Assembly: GCA_030592015.1 (NCBI GenBank)
Contig: JAUUZY010000002.1
Span: 8,838 to 72,837 of the forward strand
DNA from: Candidatus Peregrinibacteria bacterium
GTDB lineage: Bacteria; Patescibacteriota; Gracilibacteria; UBA1369; LOWO2-01-FULL-3
Length of the DNA stretch: 64,000 nucleotides
Direction: 5' to 3'
The notes under the pieces are model-generated. The model did not search any database and was not told the origin of the DNA. It saw nothing but the letters and a program-made list of their open reading frames with translations. Positions 8,858 to 18,763 of this stretch are shown piece by piece. Both the position numbers and the translations under genes were made by a program. Positions within the stretch are counted from its first letter, which is position 1, and each line of letters starts with the position of its first letter.

Positions 8858-10612
8858 TAGTGGAAGTTCTGAAGAGGATTCTATTCTTATGATTTCTGCT
8901 TTGAATGTTTCTCCTGTGATGTTGTTTTTTAGTTCAATTTGAGGTTCTAAATTTCTTATTTCGAACTGGTATCTGAGGGACATTTCTTCAAAATATTTTA
9001 CTATTCTTGATTCTTCGTCTTTTTTCCATTCTTTTTCTTTTAAACCTGGATAGAGTATTTCTCCGTTTAGACTTGGGGGGGCCTTTGTGATTGTGTAGGG
9101 AGATTCTCCGTTTAGATCAAATGTTATAATTGCACCATCGTAATATACAGTGATTGCATTCTCAGTAAATTTTTCTATCAGATATTCGTATCTTGTTTGG
9201 TACCAGAATTTTATATAATCTAGGCTTTTTTCCCACTGCGTGTAGCTTAATGGTCTGACTGGATGTTGCTCTAGAATTTGGGGGATTCTATCGTCTGCGT
9301 AGTCTTTAATTGGGTCAAAAAATAGCGGATTTTTTATCTGCTCTGTCTCGTTATCGATAAAATTGTTGATTTTCTCTGGTGCTGCGAAATTGTGGATATA
9401 TTCCCATATGTACTGGTTCTTTTTTTCTCTTATTTTTGGGATGAGTAGGAGCTTATTGAATAATATGTTATTTGTTTTGTTAACGCTTTTTACAGGATTG
9501 AGGTTTACCCAGGCGAACAAGTCCCAAACGATTGGTTCGAATTTTTGAGTTTCCGGGTTGAAGTAGATTTTGAAGTTGTGAAAGCTGTCTATGTGGTTTG
9601 AGCCAATGATATCTTGTATTGCTATGTATCTAATCATTTGATCCAGATCTATTATTTCTGAAATTTCTTTTTCAAATGAAGAGTCTAATTCTTTGTTTAC
9701 TGTATTTAGGAGTTTTTCGAGATTTTTTCTTTTGTCGCCTGTGTCTTCTTCGTTTGCCGGTTTGTATTGCCAGAGATTTGTGTTTGCATAAACTCCTATT
9801 TCTAGGTCTAAGGATGTTGTGGTTCCTATGGCTGGTTCTCCAAAATATATATCACCTGGTTTTTTGTCGTGATTAGCTAAAAAGTCTTCATTTACTTGTT
9901 CTATTTGTATGTAAACTCCTTGATATTTTCCATTTATATTTAGGGCTACAAAATTATATTCAGGGGATAGTAACCCTGCTTGTTCTCCCAAGTGATAGCC
10001 TATGTTGTATATGACATGACTTTTGTGTCTTGGATTGATTAGGTTTAATATTTTTTGATTGTCTTCTTTTTTGTCCAATTTGATTCTCCAGGATTTTTTT
10101 TCATTTTCCCAATGCCAATAATGGTCTCCTCTTAGCCTGATTTCCGCTTTTACTTTTTCTCCATTCGGAAGTGTAACTTTTGTTTTAACATAGCTTTTCC
10201 CTGACGCTGGCAGGTTGCTTGTGAGCTTGTCATAGTTTTCGTCGGTGATTTCTATGTTGTATATGGGTATGTCGTCAGATGGCTTGTAGAATTTTGAAAG
10301 AATCTTGTTTTGACTGTTTCGTATTTTATCGAATACTGAATGACTTATCGTTAGATTGCTGGGGATTTTTAGTTTTTCTGTGAATTTTTCATTTAATTCT
10401 TCTGCTAAATCGTTTTGTGGATAGTTTTTTAATGAAATTTTGAGCAGATCTCGTGCTTTTTCTTCGTCTTGCTGGTAGAAGGCTTTTTCCGCTAAGAAGT
10501 AATACAATTCTCCCATTCTTTTGTTTTCTTCGAGAGAAAGTATTAGTGTTGGAATGGTCACTAATATGATTAATGTGGAGATGACTGCGATGGCTATTGT
10601 CCTTTTTTTCAT
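8849..10612 (-). CDS. CotH-family kinase with N-terminal membrane anchor and TPR-like segment
   Basis: IRLRGD..., KKSWRIKL, LNINGKYQGVYIQIEQVNEDFL, HIDSFHNFKIY, FEPIVWD match the CotH pattern (RG, KxSxxxxF, NGxYxGxYxxxE, D..HN, PxxWD). Confidence 0.85.
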   Translation of the reverse strand: MKKRTIAIAVISTLIILVTIPTLILSLEENKRMGELYYFLAEKAFYQQDEEKARDLLKISLKNYPQNDLAEELNEKFTEKLKIPSNLTISHSVFDKIRNSQNKILSKFYKPSDDIPIYNIEITDENYDKLTSNLPASGKSYVKTKVTLPNGEKVKAEIRLRGDHYWHWENEKKSWRIKLDKKEDNQKILNLINPRHKSHVIYNIGYHLGEQAGLLSPEYNFVALNINGKYQGVYIQIEQVNEDFLANHDKKPGDIYFGEPAIGTTTSLDLEIGVYANTNLWQYKPANEEDTGDKRKNLEKLLNTVNKELDSSFEKEISEIIDLDQMIRYIAIQDIIGSNHIDSFHNFKIYFNPETQKFEPIVWDLFAWVNLNPVKSVNKTNNILFNKLLLIPKIREKKNQYIWEYIHNFAAPEKINNFIDNETEQIKNPLFFDPIKDYADDRIPQILEQHPVRPLSYTQWEKSLDYIKFWYQTRYEYLIEKFTENAITVYYDGAIITFDLNGESPYTITKAPPSLNGEILYPGLKEKEWKKDEESRIVKYFEEMSLRYQFEIRNLEPQIELKNNITGETFKAEIIRIESSSELPLLN

Positions 10613-10656
10613 GTGTGAATTGTATCATCAGAAATTGCTGTTACAATAGGCTTATG
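10610..10656. promoter_or_regulatory. Divergent pair of extended -10 promoters (TGnTACAAT), each 6 nt before an ATG (leaderless)
   Basis: Plus strand: TG-T-TACAAT 10639-10647, then AGGCTT, then ATG 10654. Minus strand: TG-A-TACAAT 10627-10619, then TCACAC, then ATG 10612. Confidence 0.65.
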
Positions 10657-11619
10657 AAACGGTTTTTTGTAGTTATTATTTTGTTTTTGGCAGGCTGTGG
10701 ACAGTTGACTTCGTCGTCTTCTCATTCTGTGGCTCTGAAGGAACTTGATGCTGAGGGGACTCCACCACGTTTGGAAAGGGAGTTTAAATATTCTGTGCAG
10801 TCTGGTGATTTTGATCTGAAAAAGGCTGTTCGTGATAGTGATTTGTGGCAGGCTCCTGGAATTGTTGGGAGTAGTTATTATCTTGATGAGGAGGTGGAGG
10901 AATTTGTTTATTTAGATATTTATTTTGATACTGAGGATAAGTTGAATTACAAAAATGCAGTTTCTTATAGGTTGAGGCAGCGATTCAAAGACATGGAGAG
11001 TGAGCCATATAGGATGGAGTTTCAGGCGAAGGTGGATAGGCAGGAATTGGGGGATGGGTTTAGTACTGTTTATGAATCTCGCTTTGAATTTCGTGATGAG
11101 TCTGAGCCTTTTTCTTCTTTGAATCCGGCTCCGAGAGCTCCTTGGGATTTAGATGAATTTATTTCTTATTTTCAGGCGGGGAAGTACAAGCAGTATTATA
11201 CTTGGCCGGCAAAATCGGTTGTTGATTACTTGATTCCTGAATATACGGATGAGACGCATCTTGTTTTTGAGCCGGAACTCAGGATTCTTACAAAAAGACA
11301 AAGGCAGCATTTAAATATGGTGACTCCATGGGGGAGCGGGCCGAATCCTGATCAAGCTTTTATTATCAGTTTTGATACTTCCTATGTTTATGATGGAGAT
11401 GATCTTGTTGGTGAATTTATGGAAGTGGAAGTTGAGTTTGAAAGGAATGTGTCTGAGAAATTGGACAATGATATATTGGCTGGGGAAGATTTGGGGGTGA
11501 TTAGGGATGCTTTCCTGGAGGATCAGAAGACTATAATGTCTGTAATTGCTGAGAGAATCGAAGTTGTTCCCGCTTCAAAGAGTAAATATTTACAAGCTTA
11601 TGAACTTATAAATGATTAA
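10654..11619 (+). CDS. Predicted lipoprotein with CYTH/triphosphate-tunnel (TTM, VTC-like) domain
   Basis: Lipobox MKRFFVVIILFLAG-C; EREFKY, DIYFDT, YRLRQR, ISFD, EVEVE and terminal SKY motifs; true start likely ATG 10654 rather than 10597. Confidence 0.75.
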   Translation: MKRFFVVIILFLAGCGQLTSSSSHSVALKELDAEGTPPRLEREFKYSVQSGDFDLKKAVRDSDLWQAPGIVGSSYYLDEEVEEFVYLDIYFDTEDKLNYKNAVSYRLRQRFKDMESEPYRMEFQAKVDRQELGDGFSTVYESRFEFRDESEPFSSLNPAPRAPWDLDEFISYFQAGKYKQYYTWPAKSVVDYLIPEYTDETHLVFEPELRILTKRQRQHLNMVTPWGSGPNPDQAFIISFDTSYVYDGDDLVGEFMEVEVEFERNVSEKLDNDILAGEDLGVIRDAFLEDQKTIMSVIAERIEVVPASKSKYLQAYELIND

Positions 11620-12331
11620 CCTGATTGAAAGTCCGGCAAAGTTACATTTTCGTCGTTTTGAGTTTAAATATCACTTGCCTAGGGCGATTGCTGATAGGAT
11701 TTTGCCTGAATTGATGAATTATATGATTTGGGATGAATATGCTGAAGGTGATGATGGATATGAGGTGACTTCGTTGTATATGGATAGTTCTGACTTTGCT
11801 TGTTTTCATGACAAATTGGATGGTGTTCTTACTAGGAGGAAGCTCCGAGTGAGAAGTTATGGGAAGGGAGATGATGTTTTTTTTGAGCTGAAGAGAAGAA
11901 GTGGTGAAGTGATTTTGAAGGATAGAATAATTGTTGGGGCTGATGCTTTTGCTGATTTTGTGAATGACCCTTTTTCTCTGAAGGGGGATGAAGATTTTGT
12001 GAATGAATTTTTGTATGAATTTTCCTCAAATAATATGAAGCCTTCGCTTCTTGTAAACTATAAACGTAAGCCGTTTTTTTCTAAATTTGATCCTAGATTC
12101 AGGGTAACTTTTGATTATGACTTAAGTTTTGCAAGGCCGCAAGGTGCTAGTTTTGACGGAGAATACCAAGTTGCATATGATGATCTCGTAATTATGGAGG
12201 TGAAATTCAACGGTGCTATGCCAAGATGGTTTCACCATGCAGTAGTTGAAGATTATGGGCTTAGGAAAGATACTTTTTCTAAATACTGTGCGGGGATCGA
12301 GGATCGTTATGGAATACCAAGTTATTTTTAA
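11612..12331 (+). CDS. VTC (polyphosphate polymerase) domain protein
   Basis: RFEFKY, VTSLYMD, KLDG..RRKLRVRSY, FELK, YKRKPF, RVTFD, IMEVKF, FSKY: classic bacterial VTC-domain pattern. Confidence 0.9.
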   Translation: MINLIESPAKLHFRRFEFKYHLPRAIADRILPELMNYMIWDEYAEGDDGYEVTSLYMDSSDFACFHDKLDGVLTRRKLRVRSYGKGDDVFFELKRRSGEVILKDRIIVGADAFADFVNDPFSLKGDEDFVNEFLYEFSSNNMKPSLLVNYKRKPFFSKFDPRFRVTFDYDLSFARPQGASFDGEYQVAYDDLVIMEVKFNGAMPRWFHHAVVEDYGLRKDTFSKYCAGIEDRYGIPSYF

Positions 12332-12339
12332 TAAATTTT

Positions 12340-13023
12340 ATGGATATATTTAGTGAAAAAGCAGTGTTAGCTATTTTGGGAGATCCTATTCATCTTTTGT
12401 TTTTGTTTTTGATTTCTACGGCAATGGGACTGATAATTGCTTGGACGTATAGAAAAACTCATAGGGGATTTTCTTATTCTCAATCTTTTTGCATAACTAC
12501 GGTTTTGATTACTGTGATTACTACTCTTATTATTATTTTGATAGAGGACAGTATTGCTAGGGCTATTGGTATTTTTGGTGCTTTCTCTATTATTCGTTTT
12601 CGTACTGCGGTTAAGGATGTTCGTGATATAGCGTTTATCTTCTTTTCATTGGCTACGGGGCTTGCGGTTGGTGTGGAGTATTTGTCTGCGGGGATTGTTG
12701 GTGTGGTTTTTATCTCCGGTCTGATTTTTGTTTTGCATAAAACTAATTTTGGAGGGCTTCGTAAGTTGGCATATATTCTTAATTTCAAAATGGATGCGAA
12801 ACATCATTCCAATAATGTTTTTGATGGAGTTATGGGGACTTATTTGAAAAAGCAGGTTCTTTTAAATGTGGAAGCAAAGAGTAGGGGAACTGTTTTGGCT
12901 TTTACCTTCAATATCAGCTTGAAGGATTCAGAGAACTTGAATGAATTTATAAAAAAGATGACAGATCTGGAAGGCCTGACTGATGTGAATATAGTTTCTT
13001 CAAAGAATGATCTGGAGTTCTAG
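12340..13023 (+). CDS. DUF4956 membrane protein (MgtC/SapB-like TM region plus C-terminal ACT-like domain)
   Basis: YSQSF, SIARAIGIFGAFSIIRFRTAVKDVRDIAFIF, ATGLAVG motifs; habitual neighbour of VTC-domain genes. Confidence 0.88.
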   Translation: MDIFSEKAVLAILGDPIHLLFLFLISTAMGLIIAWTYRKTHRGFSYSQSFCITTVLITVITTLIIILIEDSIARAIGIFGAFSIIRFRTAVKDVRDIAFIFFSLATGLAVGVEYLSAGIVGVVFISGLIFVLHKTNFGGLRKLAYILNFKMDAKHHSNNVFDGVMGTYLKKQVLLNVEAKSRGTVLAFTFNISLKDSENLNEFIKKMTDLEGLTDVNIVSSKNDLEF

Positions 13024-13442
13024 ACTGAATCTTCTGATTCTACTAATACAGGTTTGAATGTGAAGTAATTGTTTAGGGGGAATTTTATCATGAAAACTAT
13101 TCCACTACTGAATACTGCTCCGAGCATGTATCCAAATTGGAAGACCTCTTCGAAAAGGTAAATTGTTCCTGTGTTGATTCCAAGTCCCAATATAGCGACC
13201 GCTGTGAAGTGTATTAATTGCCCCAAGTAGTTCTTTCCGTGATTTTTGAAGGTGAAGTACTTCTGTCCAAGAAAACCAACGACAGTGGCCAATGTGAACG
13301 CTATGACGTTGGATAGGAGATAGTATATGCCGAAGAATTCAGTTAACGCATATATTCCACCAATAAATATTGAAGTGGTTATCAATCCTACAACAAAATA
13401 CTTAGCAGACTTGTGGATATATGATCTAAAATCAAATTTCAT
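13020..13442 (-). CDS. GtrA family membrane protein
   Basis: KYFVVGL, YLLSNVIAF, KYFTFK, NNYFTF; four TM segments; start set at ATG 13442 (MKFDF). Confidence 0.85.
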   Translation of the reverse strand: MKFDFRSYIHKSAKYFVVGLITTSIFIGGIYALTEFFGIYYLLSNVIAFTLATVVGFLGQKYFTFKNHGKNYLGQLIHFTAVAILGLGINTGTIYLFEEVFQFGYMLGAVFSSGIVFMIKFPLNNYFTFKPVLVESEDSV

Positions 13443-13452
13443 CTTTCTTGTA

Positions 13453-14112
13453 TTAGACAGCTGCGGCAGCTTCTGCAGCTTCTGCAGCTTCTGCAGCTTC
13501 AATCATTGCCTTAACTCTCATAGTTCCGACTTTGGTTGCTCTCTCTGCTTCATCCAATTTCATTGTAATGAACTTGAGAGTGTCTTCAAGATCCGGAATC
13601 AGTTTGTGCTCAAGAGCGTTTACACGTCTTCGAGTTGTTTCCAGTTCTGCAGCCAGTCTTTCAGCTTGTTTTTCAATTTCAGCAAGCTTTATAAGAGATG
13701 GGAATAATTCTTGAAATGCAGATAGTGAGATGTCTAATTCTCCGCTAGTTTGAAGGTATCCATAGTTTAGGATGTCTCCTTCTTGTTTTAGATTGAAGTA
13801 TGGAATGTACACACTCATGACATTCTTTGTCTTAACCTCCAGTTCTACTTTCGCAGAAGGGTAGAGAAGTGCTGATTCCAATACTTCCGGAGTCATCATG
13901 GAGGAAGCCTGCATGAAGTTCTTGAAAGCCTTTGATAGCTTTTCTTCTACTTCTTTACGCAGAGATTTCGCTTCTTTCACGATTTCCATGAAAGTCTTCA
14001 TTAGACCATCTTGCTTATCTTTGAGCAGTTTGTGTCCACGTTTTGCGCTCTTAGTCCTAGTCTTTAGGTTAAGGAGCTCCATTCTAGTTGGGTTGACGTT
14101 GAGTCTTGCCAT
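13453..14112 (-). CDS. ntpD: V/A-type ATPase subunit D
   Basis: NVNPTRMEL, RGHKLLKDKQD, TRRRVNALEH. Confidence 0.97.
   Translation of the reverse strand: MARLNVNPTRMELLNLKTRTKSAKRGHKLLKDKQDGLMKTFMEIVKEAKSLRKEVEEKLSKAFKNFMQASSMMTPEVLESALLYPSAKVELEVKTKNVMSVYIPYFNLKQEGDILNYGYLQTSGELDISLSAFQELFPSLIKLAEIEKQAERLAAELETTRRRVNALEHKLIPDLEDTLKFITMKLDEAERATKVGTMRVKAMIEAAEAAEAAEAAAAV
13466..13500. repeat. 9-bp tandem repeat (GCAGCTTCT x ~4) encoding the EAA-repeat C-terminal tail of subunit D
   Basis: Read directly from the sequence. Confidence 0.85.
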
Positions 14113-14114
14113 GA

Positions 14115-15497
14115 TTATTTTTCCTGTTTAGGTAGATATTGTTTGATGTACTCTTCTTTAATACGTTTTAGTTCGTGTCTTGGTAGGATTGCAAGTAGTT
14201 TCCATGCAATGTCCAAAGTATCGTCGATGATGTCTCTGTCCTTGTATTCATCTTGGCTTACAAATTCTTTTTCGAATTCTTCTGCGAATTTTAGGAACTT
14301 AAGATCATCTTCTCCAAGAGCGGCTTCACCAAGGATTACAGCAAGCTCTTTTACTTCTTTTCCTTGAGCGTATGCTGCGAATAACTGGTTCATCACTCCT
14401 GCATGATCTTCACGAGTTTTTCCTTCACCGATACCTTTATCTTTCAAACGAGAAAGTGATGGAAGTACATTGATTGGTGGGTAAATACCTTCACGTTGCA
14501 GGTCTCTGGAAAGTACAATCTGTCCCTCCGTAATGTATCCTGTAAGATCGGGAATCGGATGTGTAATATCGTCCTCCGGCATAGTTAGAATGGGGATTTG
14601 TGTAATTGATCCTTTCTTTCCTTTAATACGTCCAGCTCTTTCATACAAAGTCGCTAGATCGGTATATAGGTAACCAGGATATCCTCTTCGTCCCGGAACT
14701 TCTTTTCTCGCTGCTGATACTTCACGTAGGGCTTCACAATAGTTTGTAAGATCAGTAAGAATTACAAGTACGTGCATTCCTTTTTCGAAAGCTAGGTACT
14801 CAGCTGTTGTAAGTGCGATACGAGGTGTAGCAATACGTTCTACTACCGGATCGGCAGCTGTATTAGCAAAGATTACTGAACGATTGATCGCTCCTGTTTT
14901 CTTAAATTCGTTGATGAAATATTCTGATTCTTCAAATGTAACACCCATAGCAGCAAATACTACCGCGAAGTCTCCAGTACCACCTCTTACTTTTGCCTGA
15001 CGAGCGATTTGAGCTGCCACACGTGAGTGAGGAAGACCCGCTCCGGAAAAGATAGGAAGTTTTTGTCCACGTACCAATGTAGTTAGACAATCAATTGAAG
15101 ATATCCCTGTCTGGATGAAGTCGTTTGGGAAATCACGTGAGTAGGGATTAATTGGTGCACCATTGATGTTTAATTTTTTCTCTGGAATGATGTCTGGTCC
15201 TCCATCGATCGGTTTTCCACTTCCTGAGAATACTCGTCCAAGCATGTCTTCAGAAACACCTATTTCTAGTGGTTTTCCCAAGAACTTAGCTTTTGTTTCT
15301 TCTGTTTTCAATCCTTGCGGACTTTCGAACATCTGTACAAGAGCAGTGTCTTTGTTTGCTTCCAGTACTTTTCCCATTCTCTTTTCTCCTTCCGGAGTTA
15401 TTACTTCCACAAGTTCTTCATACTTGATCCCTTCAACACCTTCAACCAAGATTAGCGGTCCCGCTATCGATTTCAGTGTTTTATATTCTTTTTGCAT
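14115..15497 (-). CDS. ntpB: V/A-type ATPase subunit B
   Basis: [44 protein letters not shown]. Confidence 0.98.
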   Translation of the reverse strand: MQKEYKTLKSIAGPLILVEGVEGIKYEELVEVITPEGEKRMGKVLEANKDTALVQMFESPQGLKTEETKAKFLGKPLEIGVSEDMLGRVFSGSGKPIDGGPDIIPEKKLNINGAPINPYSRDFPNDFIQTGISSIDCLTTLVRGQKLPIFSGAGLPHSRVAAQIARQAKVRGGTGDFAVVFAAMGVTFEESEYFINEFKKTGAINRSVIFANTAADPVVERIATPRIALTTAEYLAFEKGMHVLVILTDLTNYCEALREVSAARKEVPGRRGYPGYLYTDLATLYERAGRIKGKKGSITQIPILTMPEDDITHPIPDLTGYITEGQIVLSRDLQREGIYPPINVLPSLSRLKDKGIGEGKTREDHAGVMNQLFAAYAQGKEVKELAVILGEAALGEDDLKFLKFAEEFEKEFVSQDEYKDRDIIDDTLDIAWKLLAILPRHELKRIKEEYIKQYLPKQEK

Positions 15498-15527
15498 TGT
15501 TATATGTGTTTAATTGAATAATATGAT

Positions 15528-17303
15528 TTAAGCTGCTTGTAATTTTGAACCAAAATTTTGAATCGCTTCGATTATATCTTTTTCCAATTCTTCGTATTTT
15601 TCCAGTTCTTCATGAGAAATATCCTTAGCTTTTACTATTTTTTGCATTATTGGAAGTTTTACCAATTCTGAAAATTCAAATCCTTCTTTTTCAATAATTT
15701 TTGATGCCTCTTGATACATTGTCATGATACATTTCAAGATCCAATATTGTTTCTTTTGCGGCGTGAATGCGTCAACGTAGTCAAAAGCGTTCTGGAATAG
15801 GAAATCTTCACGAATAGATTTTGAAGTCTGTAGGATCAGTTTTTCTTTTGAAGAAAGTGCATCCATTCCTACAAGTCTTACTATTTCTTCCAATTTAGAT
15901 TCCTGTTGTAGAAGATTCATAGAATTGGTACGAAGTTCCATGTAGTCTTCAGCGACTTCTTTTTGCCAGAAGTTAGCTAGGTTATCTACATATAGAGAGT
16001 AACTAGATAGCCAGTTAATAGCTGGGAAGTGTCTCTTGTATGCCAATTTTGCGTCCAGTCCCCAGAATACTTTTGTTACACGTAGAGTATTTTGAGTTAC
16101 CGGCTCTGAAAGATCTCCACCCGGAGGTGATACAGCTCCGATCGCTGTTACTGATCCTTCTCGTTCATCAGATCCCAAACATGTTATGTATCCTGCTCTC
16201 TCGTAGAATTCTGCTGTCTTTGATCCAAGGTAAGCTGGGTATCCTTCTTCACCCGGCATTTCTTCTAGACGACCTGACATCTCACGAAGAGCTTCCGCCC
16301 ATCTAGATGTAGAGTCGGCCATTAGAGCTACGTGGTATCCCATATCTCTGTAGTATTCTGCGATTGTAATTCCTGTATAGATTGAGGCTTCACGAGCAGC
16401 TACCGGCATGTTTGATGTATTTGCGATAAGAATTGTACGTTTCATCAATGGCTCACCTGTATTTGGATCTTTCAACTCAGGGAACTCCATTAGTACGTCT
16501 GTCATCTCGTTTCCACGTTCTCCACAACCGATATAAACGATAATTTCTGCATTACAGAATTTTGCTAATGATTGTTGAGTTACAGTTTTTCCAGCTCCGA
16601 ATGGTCCCGGAATACATCCTGCCCCTCCTTTTGCGATTGGAAAGAATGTATCTATTACTCTCATTCCTGTAACTAGAGGTACGTTTGGTATTTTCTTGTT
16701 TTTGAATGGTCGAGGTTTTCTAATTGACCATCTTTGTAGCATCTTTATTTCGTGTGTTTTTCCTTCGCTGTCTTTAATTACCACTACTACTTCTTCGATT
16801 GTGAATTGTCCGCTTTTTATTTCTTCAACTGTTCCTTTCTTGATTGTTGATGGAACCATTATTCTATGAGCGATAAGAGTTGTTTCCTGTACTTCACCCA
16901 GGATATCTCCTTCTTCTACTTCTTCTCCCTTTGCTTTAGTTGGTTTGAAATCCCATTTTTTTGTTCTATCCAGACCAGGTACTTCAATTCCACGTGTGAT
17001 AAACGCTCCAGCTTCTTTTTCGATTAGGTGCAATGGTCTTTGGATTCCATCGTAAATTGATGTCAAAAGTCCAGGTCCAAGATCCACGGACATTGTTTCC
17101 CCTGTTAGATATACGGGATCACCAGGTCCTATTCCTACTGTGTCTTCATATACCTGTATAGATGCTTCGTCTTCGTTTAGCTCGATGATTTCACCCATTA
17201 GTTTTTCATCTGATACTTTTACTACCTCGTACATCTTTGCATTCCTCATTCCGTTAGCTACAACCAGAGGTCCTGATACTTTTACTATATTTCCTTTTTC
17301 CAT
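15528..17303 (-). CDS. ntpA: V/A-type ATPase catalytic subunit A
   Basis: P-loop [26 protein letters not shown]; no intein. Confidence 0.98.
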   Translation of the reverse strand: MEKGNIVKVSGPLVVANGMRNAKMYEVVKVSDEKLMGEIIELNEDEASIQVYEDTVGIGPGDPVYLTGETMSVDLGPGLLTSIYDGIQRPLHLIEKEAGAFITRGIEVPGLDRTKKWDFKPTKAKGEEVEEGDILGEVQETTLIAHRIMVPSTIKKGTVEEIKSGQFTIEEVVVVIKDSEGKTHEIKMLQRWSIRKPRPFKNKKIPNVPLVTGMRVIDTFFPIAKGGAGCIPGPFGAGKTVTQQSLAKFCNAEIIVYIGCGERGNEMTDVLMEFPELKDPNTGEPLMKRTILIANTSNMPVAAREASIYTGITIAEYYRDMGYHVALMADSTSRWAEALREMSGRLEEMPGEEGYPAYLGSKTAEFYERAGYITCLGSDEREGSVTAIGAVSPPGGDLSEPVTQNTLRVTKVFWGLDAKLAYKRHFPAINWLSSYSLYVDNLANFWQKEVAEDYMELRTNSMNLLQQESKLEEIVRLVGMDALSSKEKLILQTSKSIREDFLFQNAFDYVDAFTPQKKQYWILKCIMTMYQEASKIIEKEGFEFSELVKLPIMQKIVKAKDISHEELEKYEELEKDIIEAIQNFGSKLQAA

Positions 17304-17338
17304 TGTTTGTTAGTTTAAGAGATTAGTTTTATATGTAA

Positions 17339-17704
17339 TTATTCTTTGAATATATCGCTTCCAACTGCCTGCTCTACGATTTGACCGATTCTTCGGATTC
17401 CGTAGTTTGTGGCACCTTTACTTCCAGGTACCGGTACGATTGCAGGTAGTGCTTGTTGGCTTAGTTTTTTGTAATCATCCTTTGAAATTCCCATTGCCAG
17501 GTCTTCAGTTACAAAGATGATTGCGTATTCCGGCTTAGTTTCTCCGGTTTTTTCATCTACCACTATTTCTTGTTTTTTTAGTTCGAAAAGTATTTTTACT
17601 GTTTCTTCTGTAGTGTTTGCATTAAATGTTTTCAGGCCTAATGCTTTGAATCCTAGGATTGTTTCTTTGTTTCCAACGATTGCTATTGAGTAATTGTTTT
17701 TCAT
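17339..17704 (-). CDS. V/A-type ATPase subunit F
   Basis: IAIVG..ETILGFKALG, YAIIFVTE, PAIVPVP, VEQAVG; operon position. Confidence 0.92.
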   Translation of the reverse strand: MKNNYSIAIVGNKETILGFKALGLKTFNANTTEETVKILFELKKQEIVVDEKTGETKPEYAIIFVTEDLAMGISKDDYKKLSQQALPAIVPVPGSKGATNYGIRRIGQIVEQAVGSDIFKE

Positions 17705-17713
17705 TATTGTGTA

Positions 17714-18763
17714 TTAGAGGTATAGATCTCTTAGTCTTTCTTTTATTTCTTCCGGCTCGATTTCGTTTAGCTTGTTTACCAGAATCATTCTGATTACTAA
17801 AGCGTTATTCTTTTTTGCTAGGAAGTATGCAATTAGTGGTTCTGGTCCGAAAGCTGTTAGTTTTCCAGCTTTAATATAGTTTGTAAGATAGTTTTCGATT
17901 TCTTTTTCCAAGAATATGAAAGTGTTTTCCTTTTCATAGGCCTTGTATCCTTCGGTAACGATCTTTCCGTAAGCTGTAGCCTTCATTATTTCCGGGAATT
18001 CGCTTAGCTTTGTCTTGTATGCTTCTTTGAATTTGCTAGCTGCGATATTTCCTTTCCATAGTAGTGCGATTTCGAATAGGTTTTGCTCTTTGTCTTGAGC
18101 TTTCATTCGGAAGAACAGTTTTATGTTTGTCAGATCAATTAATTTTTTAACATAATTGATTAGGAAATCGTTTTTGCTGTAGATCGCTGTTTTATAGATT
18201 AATCTTATTAGCTTTTGGTCCATGTATAGATCTATTACCTGAGGATTGTTCTTTTCTTGTACAAATAGTTTTTGTACTTTTTTAATTTTTTCCTTCAAAT
18301 ATTTTTCTATGTTGTCATCCAGTCCGAATATTACTTCTTCATTGTTGAAAATGAACTTTTGTAGTTTTTCTATCTTTATTTTCCCCATTTTACTAAGCAA
18401 ATGCTCAATATCCTCAAAGCTTTTTTCGCTCAGCTTTGCTTTCAACATCGTTTTTATGTTGTGAATGTCATAATCGTGCCAGAGAATATTGAGAACATTT
18501 TTGTCTGAAGTAATTTTTTCCAGGTGTTCCTTTATTTCAAGTAGTCCTTCGTCGAGTACTTGTTGAAATTCGGATGGATCTTCAATTCCTGCCGTGTTGT
18601 CTGAATAATCAAATTCGTTAAGGATTTTGAAGGCTTCAGCGGCATTTTTTGCCAGTATCATTCTTTCCATTTCGTTTTCACTTAACAGCATTGTCTCAAG
18701 TGTGCGTACTACCGCTACACTGTATGCAAAGTCGTGTCTGTTTTTTGTTCTACTTGCTAGCAT
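17714..18763 (-). CDS. ntpC: V/A-type ATPase subunit C (d/AC39)
   Basis: YD.HNIK, IDL.NIK, FGPEPLIAY, IKERLR. Confidence 0.93.
   Translation of the reverse strand: MLASRTKNRHDFAYSVAVVRTLETMLLSENEMERMILAKNAAEAFKILNEFDYSDNTAGIEDPSEFQQVLDEGLLEIKEHLEKITSDKNVLNILWHDYDIHNIKTMLKAKLSEKSFEDIEHLLSKMGKIKIEKLQKFIFNNEEVIFGLDDNIEKYLKEKIKKVQKLFVQEKNNPQVIDLYMDQKLIRLIYKTAIYSKNDFLINYVKKLIDLTNIKLFFRMKAQDKEQNLFEIALLWKGNIAASKFKEAYKTKLSEFPEIMKATAYGKIVTEGYKAYEKENTFIFLEKEIENYLTNYIKAGKLTAFGPEPLIAYFLAKKNNALVIRMILVNKLNEIEPEEIKERLRDLYL

Noticed and set aside
13443..13502. KLQKLQKLQ N-terminal extension of the GtrA ORF
   Set aside because: Off-frame reading of the 9-bp repeat at the end of ntpD; the real start is likely ATG 13442
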